From IMG/VR virus record IMGVR_UViG_3300016476_001127, positions 1 to 47,716 of that record: DNA of 47,716 nucleotides. One strand, 5' to 3'. The notes under the pieces are model-generated. The model was not told where the DNA came from and made no database searches. It was given only the letters and a program-made list of their open reading frames with translations. Of the stretch, positions 20,820 to 29,927 are shown in pieces; positions within the stretch are counted from its first letter, which is position 1; every line of letters starts with the position of its first letter. Position numbers and translations under genes: made by a program. Source of the stretch: a virus.

Positions 20820-23420
20820 TTAGGCGCGGAGGCCTTCGAGCATCGAGACGAAACTCGATCGGTCCGTCGTAGATTTGTTGTTCATCACCCCCTCGTAGGC
20901 GCTCTTCCCATTCGCACCGGGGAGCGAGGCCCATTCAAGGGCCAGGCGATTGGCGAACTCCTCCGTCGTCAGCTTACCGGACTTCCAGTCCTCGTAGCCA
21001 CGGCGAGAGAGGAGCGCCATGCCGATGCGGTTCTGGACGTCCTCCGTAAAGGGCTCATCGGGATCGACGACACCCTGGTCAATCAAGTCCGACAGCGTCT
21101 TCCGCATCACCTGGTAGGCGCCGGTGGCTGAACTCCCTGTCGCCTTGCCGTGCTTGCGCTGCAGGGCCTGGACCTCCGCCACCGTCATGCCCTCGAGGTC
21201 GGCCTTCTGGCCGCCGAACAAGGTTCCGTAGTCTGCCCCCTCGGCATGGGAGACAAAGGCAAGGATCGAGGCAGCGTCCTGGTCAGGCAGGGCCGAGCGG
21301 CTGTCCTCGATCATGTTAAAATTTGCATCACCCTGGGGTACGATACCGAAGTCTTCCCCTGAGCGTTCGTTCTTGAGCTTCTTGTTCACCGTACCGTCGA
21401 GGTTGTCGGAGAAGTGCTTGCCGATGGCGTTGAGCGCCCTCGTCTGCCACGGGTCCTCCTTGTTGTAGGAGGCCTTCAGGTCACCCATATAGGTCTGGAG
21501 CTCCTTGGCGAGATCCTCGGAACTGATCCCGGGCTGCTCGGACTTCAAGGCCTCGACAAGGGCCTGGTTGATCATGTTGAGCTTCTGGATCGAGTCCAGG
21601 CCAGCCTTGATGTTGTCGAGGTCCGCGAGAGGGATATCCTTCGGCATGTTGTTCATCGCCGCATAGGACTTCCCGGCATTGCGGGCCTGGATATAGGCGG
21701 CAAGCTGCTGCGGGTTCTTGACAACGGCAGGGTTGAACGTCGCCTCGAACTGCATGGTCTTCGGGTTAAACGTAATGTCGATCGCCTTCGTGTTGACGTT
21801 CGTGGCGTTGACCTGTTCGACATTCCCCGAATAGAGGGCAACGGCAGACCGCTTCACCCACTCGGTATACGCAACCTCCTTGCCTGCGGCCTTCGCCGCC
21901 TGGGCCATCTCCGGCGAAGCGAGACGCTTGAACGCCTTCTCGCGGGAAGAGAGTCCGGTGTTGTCGGGCGTGTCTTTCAGCGAACGCAGGAACTTGTTCT
22001 CGGTATCGCCGAAGATGGCGTCCATCGCCTTCGCCCGGGCCTCGACAGGCAGGGAGTCGTCAACTGCCGTCTTGATGATGGCTTCGACACCGTTCCGTGT
22101 CCCCTCGTTGAAGGCAGACCGGAGCGAGGGGTCAACGCTGGACTGGATGGTCTCGACCGCCGTCCCGATGTCAGCCTTCTTCACCGCCGTTCCAAAGACC
22201 GTCTGGGCCATCATGTCGGCAATCGGGTCACCCTTGTCCAAGGCAAGGTTCTGGTAGATCAAGTTTGCCTGGTCCTGGCCGACGAGGTCGACGACTGACT
22301 TGAATCCGTCATACGCCTCAGCCCCCAACTGGTCACGGATCTTGGCAGCCCGGGCATTCACCGAGGCCGACTCCATCGTCGCATTCCATTCGAAGATGCC
22401 GGACTTCCCCGTCAGCAAGCCATCGAGGCTCCCGACCATCTCGTCGAGCTTCGCCTTCTGGGCATTCCAGACCGAGGGATCGGAAGCGAAATAGTCCTGG
22501 AGGGACTTGCCATTCTCCCCGGGCGTCGTCGTCGCAGTCACCCACTTCTGCTGGAGATTGACCTTGGCATCGTTGATCAGGGCCTCGGCCTGGGCGGTCT
22601 CTTCAGGCGTGAAGCCCCCCTCGCGCATCCGGGCAATCGTCTGGCGAAGGCTCTGCAGAGAGCCACCGCCCTTGTCAATCGCCCCGAGGTAGAACTCCCG
22701 CTGGATGTTGGCAACCGTCTGGGACAGCACCGGACCAGCTTCCAGGGCACCGGCCTTGCTGTTCTGCTCGAGTTGGTTCCACTCCGACTGCAGCCGTGCC
22801 TTGTCGCCCTTCAGAATGATCGCCTTCGTCTTCAGGCGCTGCTTCGTCTCATCCGTTCCCGTCTGGAACTGGACGACTTCCTCCTCCGAGAGGAACTCCG
22901 AGTGCTCGCTGAGGAAGGTCTGGTCCTTCGAAGCAGACGACGACCGTGCCTGGAGATCGTCCTCGTACATCTTGCGGGCTGAGTCGAGCTCCATGTTCGC
23001 CGGCGTACGACCCATCACCCGGGCAAGCTGCTGGTCGATGACGTCCCGGTACTGAGGGTACTTACTCTTCATCTCCTTCGCCCAGACATCCATCTTCGTA
23101 TAGAAGGTCGTATCCGAGTAGTTGCCGTTCTCGAAGGCCTTCTTGTAGAGTGCCGCCTTGTCCATGGATTTTGCAATGTCAGGCGGGATGTTCCCGGAGC
23201 TTGCCAGGGAGTCGAGACGGCCTGCCTCGGCAGCCGCATCCGCCGAAGCGTAAAGCTCGTTGGCGACAGCCTTCTCCTTCTCGTTCTTGTAGGTATCGGC
23301 TGCCACCACCGCGACCTTGGCGAAGATGTCACCGACACCGGAGCCGTCGATCAGGCGCCCTGGAGCGTTCGTCCAGTCCGGGATCGAGGGCTGGGGGAGT
23401 TGGGGGTTAAACTCGGCCAT
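20820..23420 (-). CDS. Internal virion / ejection protein with C-terminal lambda-lysozyme-like (GH104) lytic transglycosylase domain
   Basis: The last ~150 aa (20823..21275), LAFVSHAEGADYG...SATGAYQVM...EWASLPGANGKSAYEG, parallel lambda R (LAWSEGTD...GAGRYQ...WASLPGAGYGQ). Long alpha-helical N-terminal part. Occupies a T7 gp16-like position. Confidence 0.75.
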   Translation of the reverse strand: MAEFNPQLPQPSIPDWTNAPGRLIDGSGVGDIFAKVAVVAADTYKNEKEKAVANELYASADAAAEAGRLDSLASSGNIPPDIAKSMDKAALYKKAFENGNYSDTTFYTKMDVWAKEMKSKYPQYRDVIDQQLARVMGRTPANMELDSARKMYEDDLQARSSSASKDQTFLSEHSEFLSEEEVVQFQTGTDETKQRLKTKAIILKGDKARLQSEWNQLEQNSKAGALEAGPVLSQTVANIQREFYLGAIDKGGGSLQSLRQTIARMREGGFTPEETAQAEALINDAKVNLQQKWVTATTTPGENGKSLQDYFASDPSVWNAQKAKLDEMVGSLDGLLTGKSGIFEWNATMESASVNARAAKIRDQLGAEAYDGFKSVVDLVGQDQANLIYQNLALDKGDPIADMMAQTVFGTAVKKADIGTAVETIQSSVDPSLRSAFNEGTRNGVEAIIKTAVDDSLPVEARAKAMDAIFGDTENKFLRSLKDTPDNTGLSSREKAFKRLASPEMAQAAKAAGKEVAYTEWVKRSAVALYSGNVEQVNATNVNTKAIDITFNPKTMQFEATFNPAVVKNPQQLAAYIQARNAGKSYAAMNNMPKDIPLADLDNIKAGLDSIQKLNMINQALVEALKSEQPGISSEDLAKELQTYMGDLKASYNKEDPWQTRALNAIGKHFSDNLDGTVNKKLKNERSGEDFGIVPQGDANFNMIEDSRSALPDQDAASILAFVSHAEGADYGTLFGGQKADLEGMTVAEVQALQRKHGKATGSSATGAYQVMRKTLSDLIDQGVVDPDEPFTEDVQNRIGMALLSRRGYEDWKSGKLTTEEFANRLALEWASLPGANGKSAYEGVMNNKSTTDRSSFVSMLEGLRA

Positions 23421-23429
23421 GGTGCTTCC

Positions 23430-26400
23430 TTAAAACTTCTTCTGAAACGATTGATCGACGGAGGTCTCGAGACTGTCGCTGGCCCGCAGGGCCTGCTTGA
23501 CGAATTTGCGAACCTCCTTCGGGTCGAGACCCTCAAGCAGGGCCCGAGCCTTCTTCACCTTGAGCTCCCGCTCCTTCGAGCCGACCTCGAGGAGGCGGGC
23601 CTGACGGATGAGCTTGACATATTCCTTGCCGAGCTCGTCGGTCGCAGTTTTGAGGTCCTTCAACGAGTCGATCTTCAGGAACGTGTCCTTAAACCGTTGC
23701 TCCTCCAGGCCCGTCGTCCACGACACCCAGGCCGAAGCTGCAGACTTGTCGCCGAGGTTCAGCCCGTCCTTGGTGAGGTTCTTGTGGGTCTGAAGGGCCC
23801 AGTACAGCTTCGTCGTGTTGTTGACTGTACTAATCGTCGAGAACATATTCGCGTAGTCCTGCAACGTCAGCTTCGGGGCATTCGCAGCCGACTCGAGGAT
23901 GTCCCAGTCATCAGGCAGGACTTGCTTGAAGAAGTCCCGTGTAATCGAGCCCGAGGCACCGAAGGCAAGGTCGATCAAAGCGTCACCCACCCCGTCCTTC
24001 GCCTCGAGCAGGGTCTTGATCGTCGTCAGTCCACCCGGGCCATAGCGGCCACCGATGTCGAGTTGCAGGCCATTCTGGCCATTCTCGTCGGAGGTCATCC
24101 AGCGGATCAATTCAGCAGGCATGCCGTTCATGGCCACCGAGGCAAGGCCCGAATTGACGTCGATGCCGTTCTCCAAAGCATACTGGCGAAGGTCGTCCGT
24201 CGACCAGCCGGGGACCTGGAACATCGTCGCAGCGGCAAAGGAGACGGGAATTCCGTACATCGCCGCGAAGGCACTCCCGAGACGGAGCTTCTCCGCACGG
24301 GTCAGTTGCTTGCCGAGAAGTTGCTCCATGATGCGGGCCTGGTAGCCCCAGAACTGCGTCATCGGTCCCGTCAGACCCTTCTGCCACCAGGCATTCGAGC
24401 CACGGGACATGTTGCCCGAGAGGATCTCCTGACGTCTTAGAATTGAATTGATGTCGGCGTTGTTTAAAACCTTCGTCGGGTTGGCATCGCGGAACTCTTT
24501 AAAGGCGACGGCCCAGGCATTCATACGCACCGAGCGTTCACCCTCGCGGAAGAAGACGAGACCCTTATCCAGGAACATGCCGCCAACGCCCTTGAACATC
24601 TTGGGGTTGGTCATGATGTCCAAGGTTCCGACCTCGCCCTCGACGATGTGAAGGGACAGCTTGTGGAACCAGTCGTCCATCTCCAGCCACTCGCCAGCCT
24701 TCCAACCCATCTTCTCGGAGAGCTTGCCGAGATGGGCGAGGACCTCAGGGGTGCGGTTCACCCGGCTCATCTGCATGAGCGACACACCGGAGAGCGACGA
24801 TCCCACCCGGGCAGGATTGCCGGTGATCGCCCAGGTATTCACCATCGTGTTCATCTGCAGGAACAACTGGATCGGGTTGAAGAAGCCCATCTTAGTATGG
24901 AAGGCAAACGACCGCATGAAGGCGAGGGGGTTCTTCACATTCGGCAGGATGTGGTCGTCGACGAAGTCGGCAGCCCTCTGGCCCTTCGCGTTGTAGACGC
25001 TGTTCAAGAGCTTGTTCCGCATCCAGTCCAGGGTCGAGCCGAGCTCGTCCTTCTGGTTGAGGAAGGTAATGATCTGACGACGCTGGGCATCCAAGGTCCT
25101 GATCCGGGCAACGTCGCCATACTGGCGGTTCCATTGCGGATTGTTGAGAGCCGCCCAGGGATTCCTGCGGAGCTCCTCGATCGGGGTCTCGAGGATGTCG
25201 GCAGCCTCCTCGACCCAGGTCGTCGCTGACTGGATCTTCATGTTATCCGTTGCCATCGAGCGCGAGATCTCGGCCCAGGCCTGCTCGAGGGTTTCGAGGG
25301 GCGAGATCATCCGCGCCTTGTCGAAGTCGAAGAGTTTGCCGCCTTCGCCCCGGACGATCTTGGACAGCGCGAAATCCTTCTCGCCGGTGTATTTCTTGCC
25401 GATCACCCCATAGAGATTGGTCGGGTCGTCGATCGTGTCACGCACACCGGTGAAGCTGCCACGGAGTTCCGAGGCATGGGTCTTCGCAGCGTCGTTGACG
25501 CCCTGGCCATCGGCCACCCAGGTGAAAGGCGTGTCCTTATCAAGGAGCGCCTCCTCGAGGACCTCTCCATTCGGCCCCAGCTTCGGGCGGAACAGTTCCT
25601 CGAACTGGCCCACCGTCCAGGGCAGCGACGACTCGAGGTGGTTCTTCAGTGCAGCAAAGTCGCCCTTCACCATGAGTTGACGGGCAATCTCGATATTCGA
25701 TGCATGCTTCGCGGCCTCAGCCTGGGAGGAGGCGCCAATCAAGGACCGGTCACCGAGGTAGAGCCTGTCGCCGTTGGACGTCGTCTCGAAGCGGGGCTGC
25801 TTGACGTAGAAGCCTTCCTTGTATCGAACGTGGCCACCGGCAGTCGCAGGCAACTGGTCGGGGGTGAGCGGCACACGCTCGACATCCCGGGCGACGATGA
25901 ACTGGACATAGTTGTCGTTCACCATCTTCAAGGGACGCTGGTCGGGGTTGGCGATCTGGAGGATCTTGTAGCCCTGCGCCTGCAGGGCCTTGATGCCATC
26001 GGTGCCCGCCTTGGCGGTGTTGACGAGGGTGGCGCTCTGGCTGTCGCCGTTCAAAATCAGGACGTCGAGATTGCCCTCAGGGAGCGCGTCGACGAACTTC
26101 ACCTCGACGCCCTTCTTCATCGGCAGCCACTTCGAGCCACCGGCATCGTCGGGAATCGGGATATGGAGCTTGGCGTTCTCGATGCCGATCCGGGCCTTCT
26201 CGGCATAGAGCTTGTAGTTCCGGTGCATCAAGTCGAAGTCGTACATCTGCCGCATGGTGAAATAGGCAGACGTCACATTGTCGGAGGGGTACTCGCCGAA
26301 GGCCCGCTTGTAGGTCCGCTCGAGCTCGGCAGCGGAGTTGAACCACTCGCCCCGGATCTTCTTCTCCTGGCCGGTGACGGGGTCGATGACGGTCTTCTCG

Positions 26401-28976
26401 ACGTCACGCTTCGCTTCCATCAGCGCATCGAGGTTGCGGAGTTCCTTCTTCGACAGGGTCCCGATGTCCTTCGCCGCCACCATGAAGGCCTCATGGAGCG
26501 CCTTCGCATGGTGGGTAGAGATCGCGAGGTTCTCCTGTAGCGTCTTGGAGGACAGGCCAGCCGAGCCCCGGAGGTAGGCAGTAAACGTATTTGCAAACGA
26601 TACCGGTGTCTTCGTGTCGGTCTGGATGGCGTGCTTTAAAATGTCCGGGTCGGTTTCGTCGATGACCTTCTCGACACGCAGCGTAAAGGCCCCGGGCGAG
26701 AGTGACTCGACCGAGAAGGCGCCATCGGCCAGCCCGTAGAAGTCCTTCGCCACGGTCTCGGCCTGCTTTGCAGACCCAAAGAAGCCGCCATCGACATTGC
26801 CCATGCTGTAGACGATCTTGTTCAGCCGTGCGGGGCCGGTCTCCCACTCACGCAGGAACTTGACGTCCAGCACCGCAGCCGAGGGTGAGCGGACATATTT
26901 GTCCATCTGGGCCCGGGCAGCGCCCTGGACGGCCTGGAAGACATCATCCGACCAGCGGAGAGCTCCCATGGTCTCGGAACTGTTCCACGCCTTCCACATC
27001 GCGTCATTCACCGCAGCCTGACGGTCGAGGACAGATTTGTACTTCTGGGTGAGCTTGTTGACGAGCTTGTTGAGCGAGTTGTGCTTCGCCCGCCCGATGA
27101 CTGCCGTCGTCGGATCGAGCAGGGTGGGGAGCTTCCTAGCCAGGGTGACCGAGGCATTCTTCACCGCAGCGCCACCCTGTTCGGCAGCCGTCTGCTCGGC
27201 AGCCTTGGCGAAGGCAGCCCGTTCGGCATCACCATGGGCAACGAAGGTCGTCGCAAGGTCAGACTCATCGCCTGCCATCGCCGCCTTCTCGATATTGTCG
27301 GCGTAAATCTTCGTGAGGTTGTCGTTCGTCGCCGCCACCTGGACCGAGGCCGTGCCACCGGTGCGGGGATTCGGGATGTCTATAACGACATGGGGGCCAT
27401 CCCCCTTCGGGGGAGCCGGCACGATGTCAGGGTCAACGCCCGGGGTCTTCTTCGCAAAGATCTCGGGGTACATCTTCTTCAGGAGGTCCTTGCGGCCAAT
27501 CCGGGCCAGAGCCTCGCGGGTGACCTCCTCCTCCATCTGCTTCAGCGTGAGGCCTTCCCTGCGGGCAACGTCGATATGGGCGAGCTCATGCTGGACGAGG
27601 AAGTCTTTGAACTCCTCGACCGTCTTGAAGGCATCTTCGGGGAAGGCCCGGGCTCCATCGGCGAGGAAGCCATCCTTGCCCACCCACATCTTCGACGCGA
27701 AGGCTTTGTCGAGGCTCTCGGTATTGATGTAGATCTGGTGCGGCTTGCCCTTCTCGGCCTTGCCATAGACGATGGCCGCAATGCCCTTCTTGCCCCTGAC
27801 CTCGGGCATCTTGTCCCGCGCGACGTTGTTGACGACGAAAGGTTCGTCGGTCCAGTCCGTCCGGGTCGGCTTGAAGCCCGTCTGGGCCTCCTGGGCTGCG
27901 TCGGCGACGTCAGAAAGGACTTCCTCTTTAACGGCCTTGGGAGACTCACCAGCGGCCTTTGTAGCCGCTTGGCTACCACCCTTGCGGGCAGCCCCTTCAA
28001 CAGCCTCCTTGGCCGCGCTACGGGCCGTAGAACGGGCAGCGGCAGACACACCGGCCTTGCCGAGTCCCAGACCGGCATCACCGATGAAACCGACACCCGG
28101 AACGAGCTCGACAGCCGACAGAAGCGCAAAGGCATTGTCGACAGCAGCGTCGGCGTAGGCGTATTCATTTATCGCATCGAGGAACTTGATGACCGGGGCG
28201 TAGTCCCCGGAGGCCTTCGCCTGCTCCCGGAGCTTCTCCAGCGTGGCATCGAACTCATTCGATGGCATGGCAAAAAGATCCCGAATCTGGGACCGCCTGG
28301 CCTCGCCGGGGGTCAGACCCTCGACCTGTACATTGTCAGGTGTGACATTCCGGTCTTCCATCATGGTGAAGCCGGGGATCATGTCCGAGACGAAGTCGGT
28401 GACACCCCGGAGAATCCCGGTCTGCTGGTAGAGGGCGTCGAGCTCCTCACGGACCGCCTGGGCCCGCTCCTTCCGGTAGATGCGGTCGACCGAGGCATCG
28501 ACCCGCTCATTCACCCCGTCGGGATTGGCAGCGATGGCCTCATCAACGGTTCCCGTCTCATCCGAGGTCAGGCCCATGTTCACCCGCCATTCGGCGTATT
28601 TCTTCTCGAGAACACCCTGATCGGAGGAGAAGTCTTCCGTCGACAGACCCTGCAGGAAGGTCGTTGCTTCGGGTGAGACATCCCCCTTGTCGACGACTTC
28701 CCGGATCAAGTCCTGCTTGACCTTCATCTTCCGGAGGGACTCGGACTGGGACAGCCGACTCCGGAGGCGATCCTCACGGTTCGTCTTGATGTCGTTTAGG
28801 ATTTCGTCGTAGCCGGGAGCTCCCTCGACGCCGGTGAAGGCGATCTTGGCTTTCAGAGCCCGCTTCTCTGCGACGTCGTCAGGGAGACTCGCCGTCGCAG
28901 CGGTGTTGGCGTAAGGATCGAGGACTGCTTCTTCCTGGGTGGCGGGCGGAAGATCCCACTCTAAGTTCTTTTCCAT
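23430..28976 (-). CDS. Giant internal virion / ejected protein (1848 aa) with HExxH zincin-like motif
   Basis: Largest ORF, in the internal-core gene position. HELAH at aa 463..467 (27576..27590) within FLVQHELAHIDVARREG. The rest is unassigned. Confidence 0.7.
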   Translation of the reverse strand: MEKNLEWDLPPATQEEAVLDPYANTAATASLPDDVAEKRALKAKIAFTGVEGAPGYDEILNDIKTNREDRLRSRLSQSESLRKMKVKQDLIREVVDKGDVSPEATTFLQGLSTEDFSSDQGVLEKKYAEWRVNMGLTSDETGTVDEAIAANPDGVNERVDASVDRIYRKERAQAVREELDALYQQTGILRGVTDFVSDMIPGFTMMEDRNVTPDNVQVEGLTPGEARRSQIRDLFAMPSNEFDATLEKLREQAKASGDYAPVIKFLDAINEYAYADAAVDNAFALLSAVELVPGVGFIGDAGLGLGKAGVSAAARSTARSAAKEAVEGAARKGGSQAATKAAGESPKAVKEEVLSDVADAAQEAQTGFKPTRTDWTDEPFVVNNVARDKMPEVRGKKGIAAIVYGKAEKGKPHQIYINTESLDKAFASKMWVGKDGFLADGARAFPEDAFKTVEEFKDFLVQHELAHIDVARREGLTLKQMEEEVTREALARIGRKDLLKKMYPEIFAKKTPGVDPDIVPAPPKGDGPHVVIDIPNPRTGGTASVQVAATNDNLTKIYADNIEKAAMAGDESDLATTFVAHGDAERAAFAKAAEQTAAEQGGAAVKNASVTLARKLPTLLDPTTAVIGRAKHNSLNKLVNKLTQKYKSVLDRQAAVNDAMWKAWNSSETMGALRWSDDVFQAVQGAARAQMDKYVRSPSAAVLDVKFLREWETGPARLNKIVYSMGNVDGGFFGSAKQAETVAKDFYGLADGAFSVESLSPGAFTLRVEKVIDETDPDILKHAIQTDTKTPVSFANTFTAYLRGSAGLSSKTLQENLAISTHHAKALHEAFMVAAKDIGTLSKKELRNLDALMEAKRDVEKTVIDPVTGQEKKIRGEWFNSAAELERTYKRAFGEYPSDNVTSAYFTMRQMYDFDLMHRNYKLYAEKARIGIENAKLHIPIPDDAGGSKWLPMKKGVEVKFVDALPEGNLDVLILNGDSQSATLVNTAKAGTDGIKALQAQGYKILQIANPDQRPLKMVNDNYVQFIVARDVERVPLTPDQLPATAGGHVRYKEGFYVKQPRFETTSNGDRLYLGDRSLIGASSQAEAAKHASNIEIARQLMVKGDFAALKNHLESSLPWTVGQFEELFRPKLGPNGEVLEEALLDKDTPFTWVADGQGVNDAAKTHASELRGSFTGVRDTIDDPTNLYGVIGKKYTGEKDFALSKIVRGEGGKLFDFDKARMISPLETLEQAWAEISRSMATDNMKIQSATTWVEEAADILETPIEELRRNPWAALNNPQWNRQYGDVARIRTLDAQRRQIITFLNQKDELGSTLDWMRNKLLNSVYNAKGQRAADFVDDHILPNVKNPLAFMRSFAFHTKMGFFNPIQLFLQMNTMVNTWAITGNPARVGSSLSGVSLMQMSRVNRTPEVLAHLGKLSEKMGWKAGEWLEMDDWFHKLSLHIVEGEVGTLDIMTNPKMFKGVGGMFLDKGLVFFREGERSVRMNAWAVAFKEFRDANPTKVLNNADINSILRRQEILSGNMSRGSNAWWQKGLTGPMTQFWGYQARIMEQLLGKQLTRAEKLRLGSAFAAMYGIPVSFAAATMFQVPGWSTDDLRQYALENGIDVNSGLASVAMNGMPAELIRWMTSDENGQNGLQLDIGGRYGPGGLTTIKTLLEAKDGVGDALIDLAFGASGSITRDFFKQVLPDDWDILESAANAPKLTLQDYANMFSTISTVNNTTKLYWALQTHKNLTKDGLNLGDKSAASAWVSWTTGLEEQRFKDTFLKIDSLKDLKTATDELGKEYVKLIRQARLLEVGSKERELKVKKARALLEGLDPKEVRKFVKQALRASDSLETSVDQSFQKKF

Positions 28977-29440
28977 TAAGCGATCGGAATCCCGGCGACA
29001 GACTTGCCCTTGAAGGAGGAGTCGAGGAATGAGCCGACAGCCTGTCCGCCACCGGCGACAGCCCTGCCCATGCCGATCTGGGTCGAACCCTGGAAGTACT
29101 GCCGGTTGGCGGCAAAGATGCCCTGACCGATCTGCTGGTTCTGGTTGATCGCCACCTTCTGACGTCCAGCCTCGCCGCTGATCTGGCCATAGGCACCACC
29201 CAGACCGGAAGAGCCGGGAGCTGCTGCACCCTGCGAGGTTGCTGTCGCCAAGGCGGTTGAGCGGGCAAGGGTTGCCTGACGGATGACCTCCCGGCGCTCA
29301 CGCATTGCCTGGAGGTTCATCTGGCGCTCACGCAGCTTCTCGGCCTTCTTCTGGGCCTTGATCTGCTCCTTCTCACCCTGCATCTGCTTGAAGCCACCAA
29401 AAAGGGTGGAACCGAGAGTAATTGCTGCTGCTGCTGACAT
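28976..29440 (-). CDS. Internal virion protein (154 aa, Gly/Ala/Gln-rich)
   Basis: Hydrophobic N-terminus, a coiled-coil KEQIKAQKKAEKLRERQMNLQ, then a Gly-rich tail. TAATG junction with the 1848-aa gene. Confidence 0.55.
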   Translation of the reverse strand: MSAAAAITLGSTLFGGFKQMQGEKEQIKAQKKAEKLRERQMNLQAMRERREVIRQATLARSTALATATSQGAAAPGSSGLGGAYGQISGEAGRQKVAINQNQQIGQGIFAANRQYFQGSTQIGMGRAVAGGGQAVGSFLDSSFKGKSVAGIPIA

Positions 29441-29441
29441 G

Positions 29442-29927
29442 CTATAACTTCTTTAAATAGTTGGTTTCGACTTTGCCGTAGCCGAGGCGCTGGTAGCTTC
29501 TCTCGGTCTCATCCTGGAGCGGGGTCTTCGACAGGATGGCGTAACGGACTTTGGCGATATGCTTCGCCCAGTATTCAAAGGCTGAAATGAGGTCGAGGAC
29601 CCTGCGGGACTTGCGGTAGTCGGGGAGGAGCCAGAAGGCCAACTCGCTCGCCACCTTCTCCTCCGAGAAAGACACCTCCGAGACCGTGGCAAGGAAGACC
29701 CCGACGATCTTCGGCCCGTCCTGGGAGATCAGGAGGACCGATCTTGTGGGATCCGCGAGCGAGGCTTGGAGGATCTGGTAGACCTTCGGGCGCGAGAAGG
29801 GCAAAGCCCCGAAGGCGACGGAATCGTGGTGGTGCTGGCAGAGGTCCAGGATCGCGAGGAGGTCCGTCTTCTCCGCCAGTCTGACGTTACGGACCAGGGT
29901 TGACGGTCTCCAGCATCGACCAGCCAA
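29442..29927 (-). CDS. GNAT-family acetyltransferase-like protein
   Basis: VLLISQDGPKIVGVFLATV...ELAFWLLPDYRKSRRVLDLISAFEYWAK...YQRLGYGKV has the GNAT beta4-alpha3 layout, with a degenerate R/Q-x-x-G-x-G/A. ATG 29927 overlaps the upstream gene by 41 nt, so the start is uncertain. Confidence 0.5.
   Translation of the reverse strand: MAGRCWRPSTLVRNVRLAEKTDLLAILDLCQHHHDSVAFGALPFSRPKVYQILQASLADPTRSVLLISQDGPKIVGVFLATVSEVSFSEEKVASELAFWLLPDYRKSRRVLDLISAFEYWAKHIAKVRYAILSKTPLQDETERSYQRLGYGKVETNYLKKL

Noticed and set aside
23400-28676. Long plus-strand ORFs (23400..24440, 24648..25229, 25476..26540, 27081..28676 and others) opposite the 1848-aa gene
   Set aside because: These are antisense shadow ORFs typical of GC-rich coding DNA. 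Their translations are Arg/Leu/Gly/Val-rich with no motifs, and they overlap a far longer ORF with consistent codon bias.
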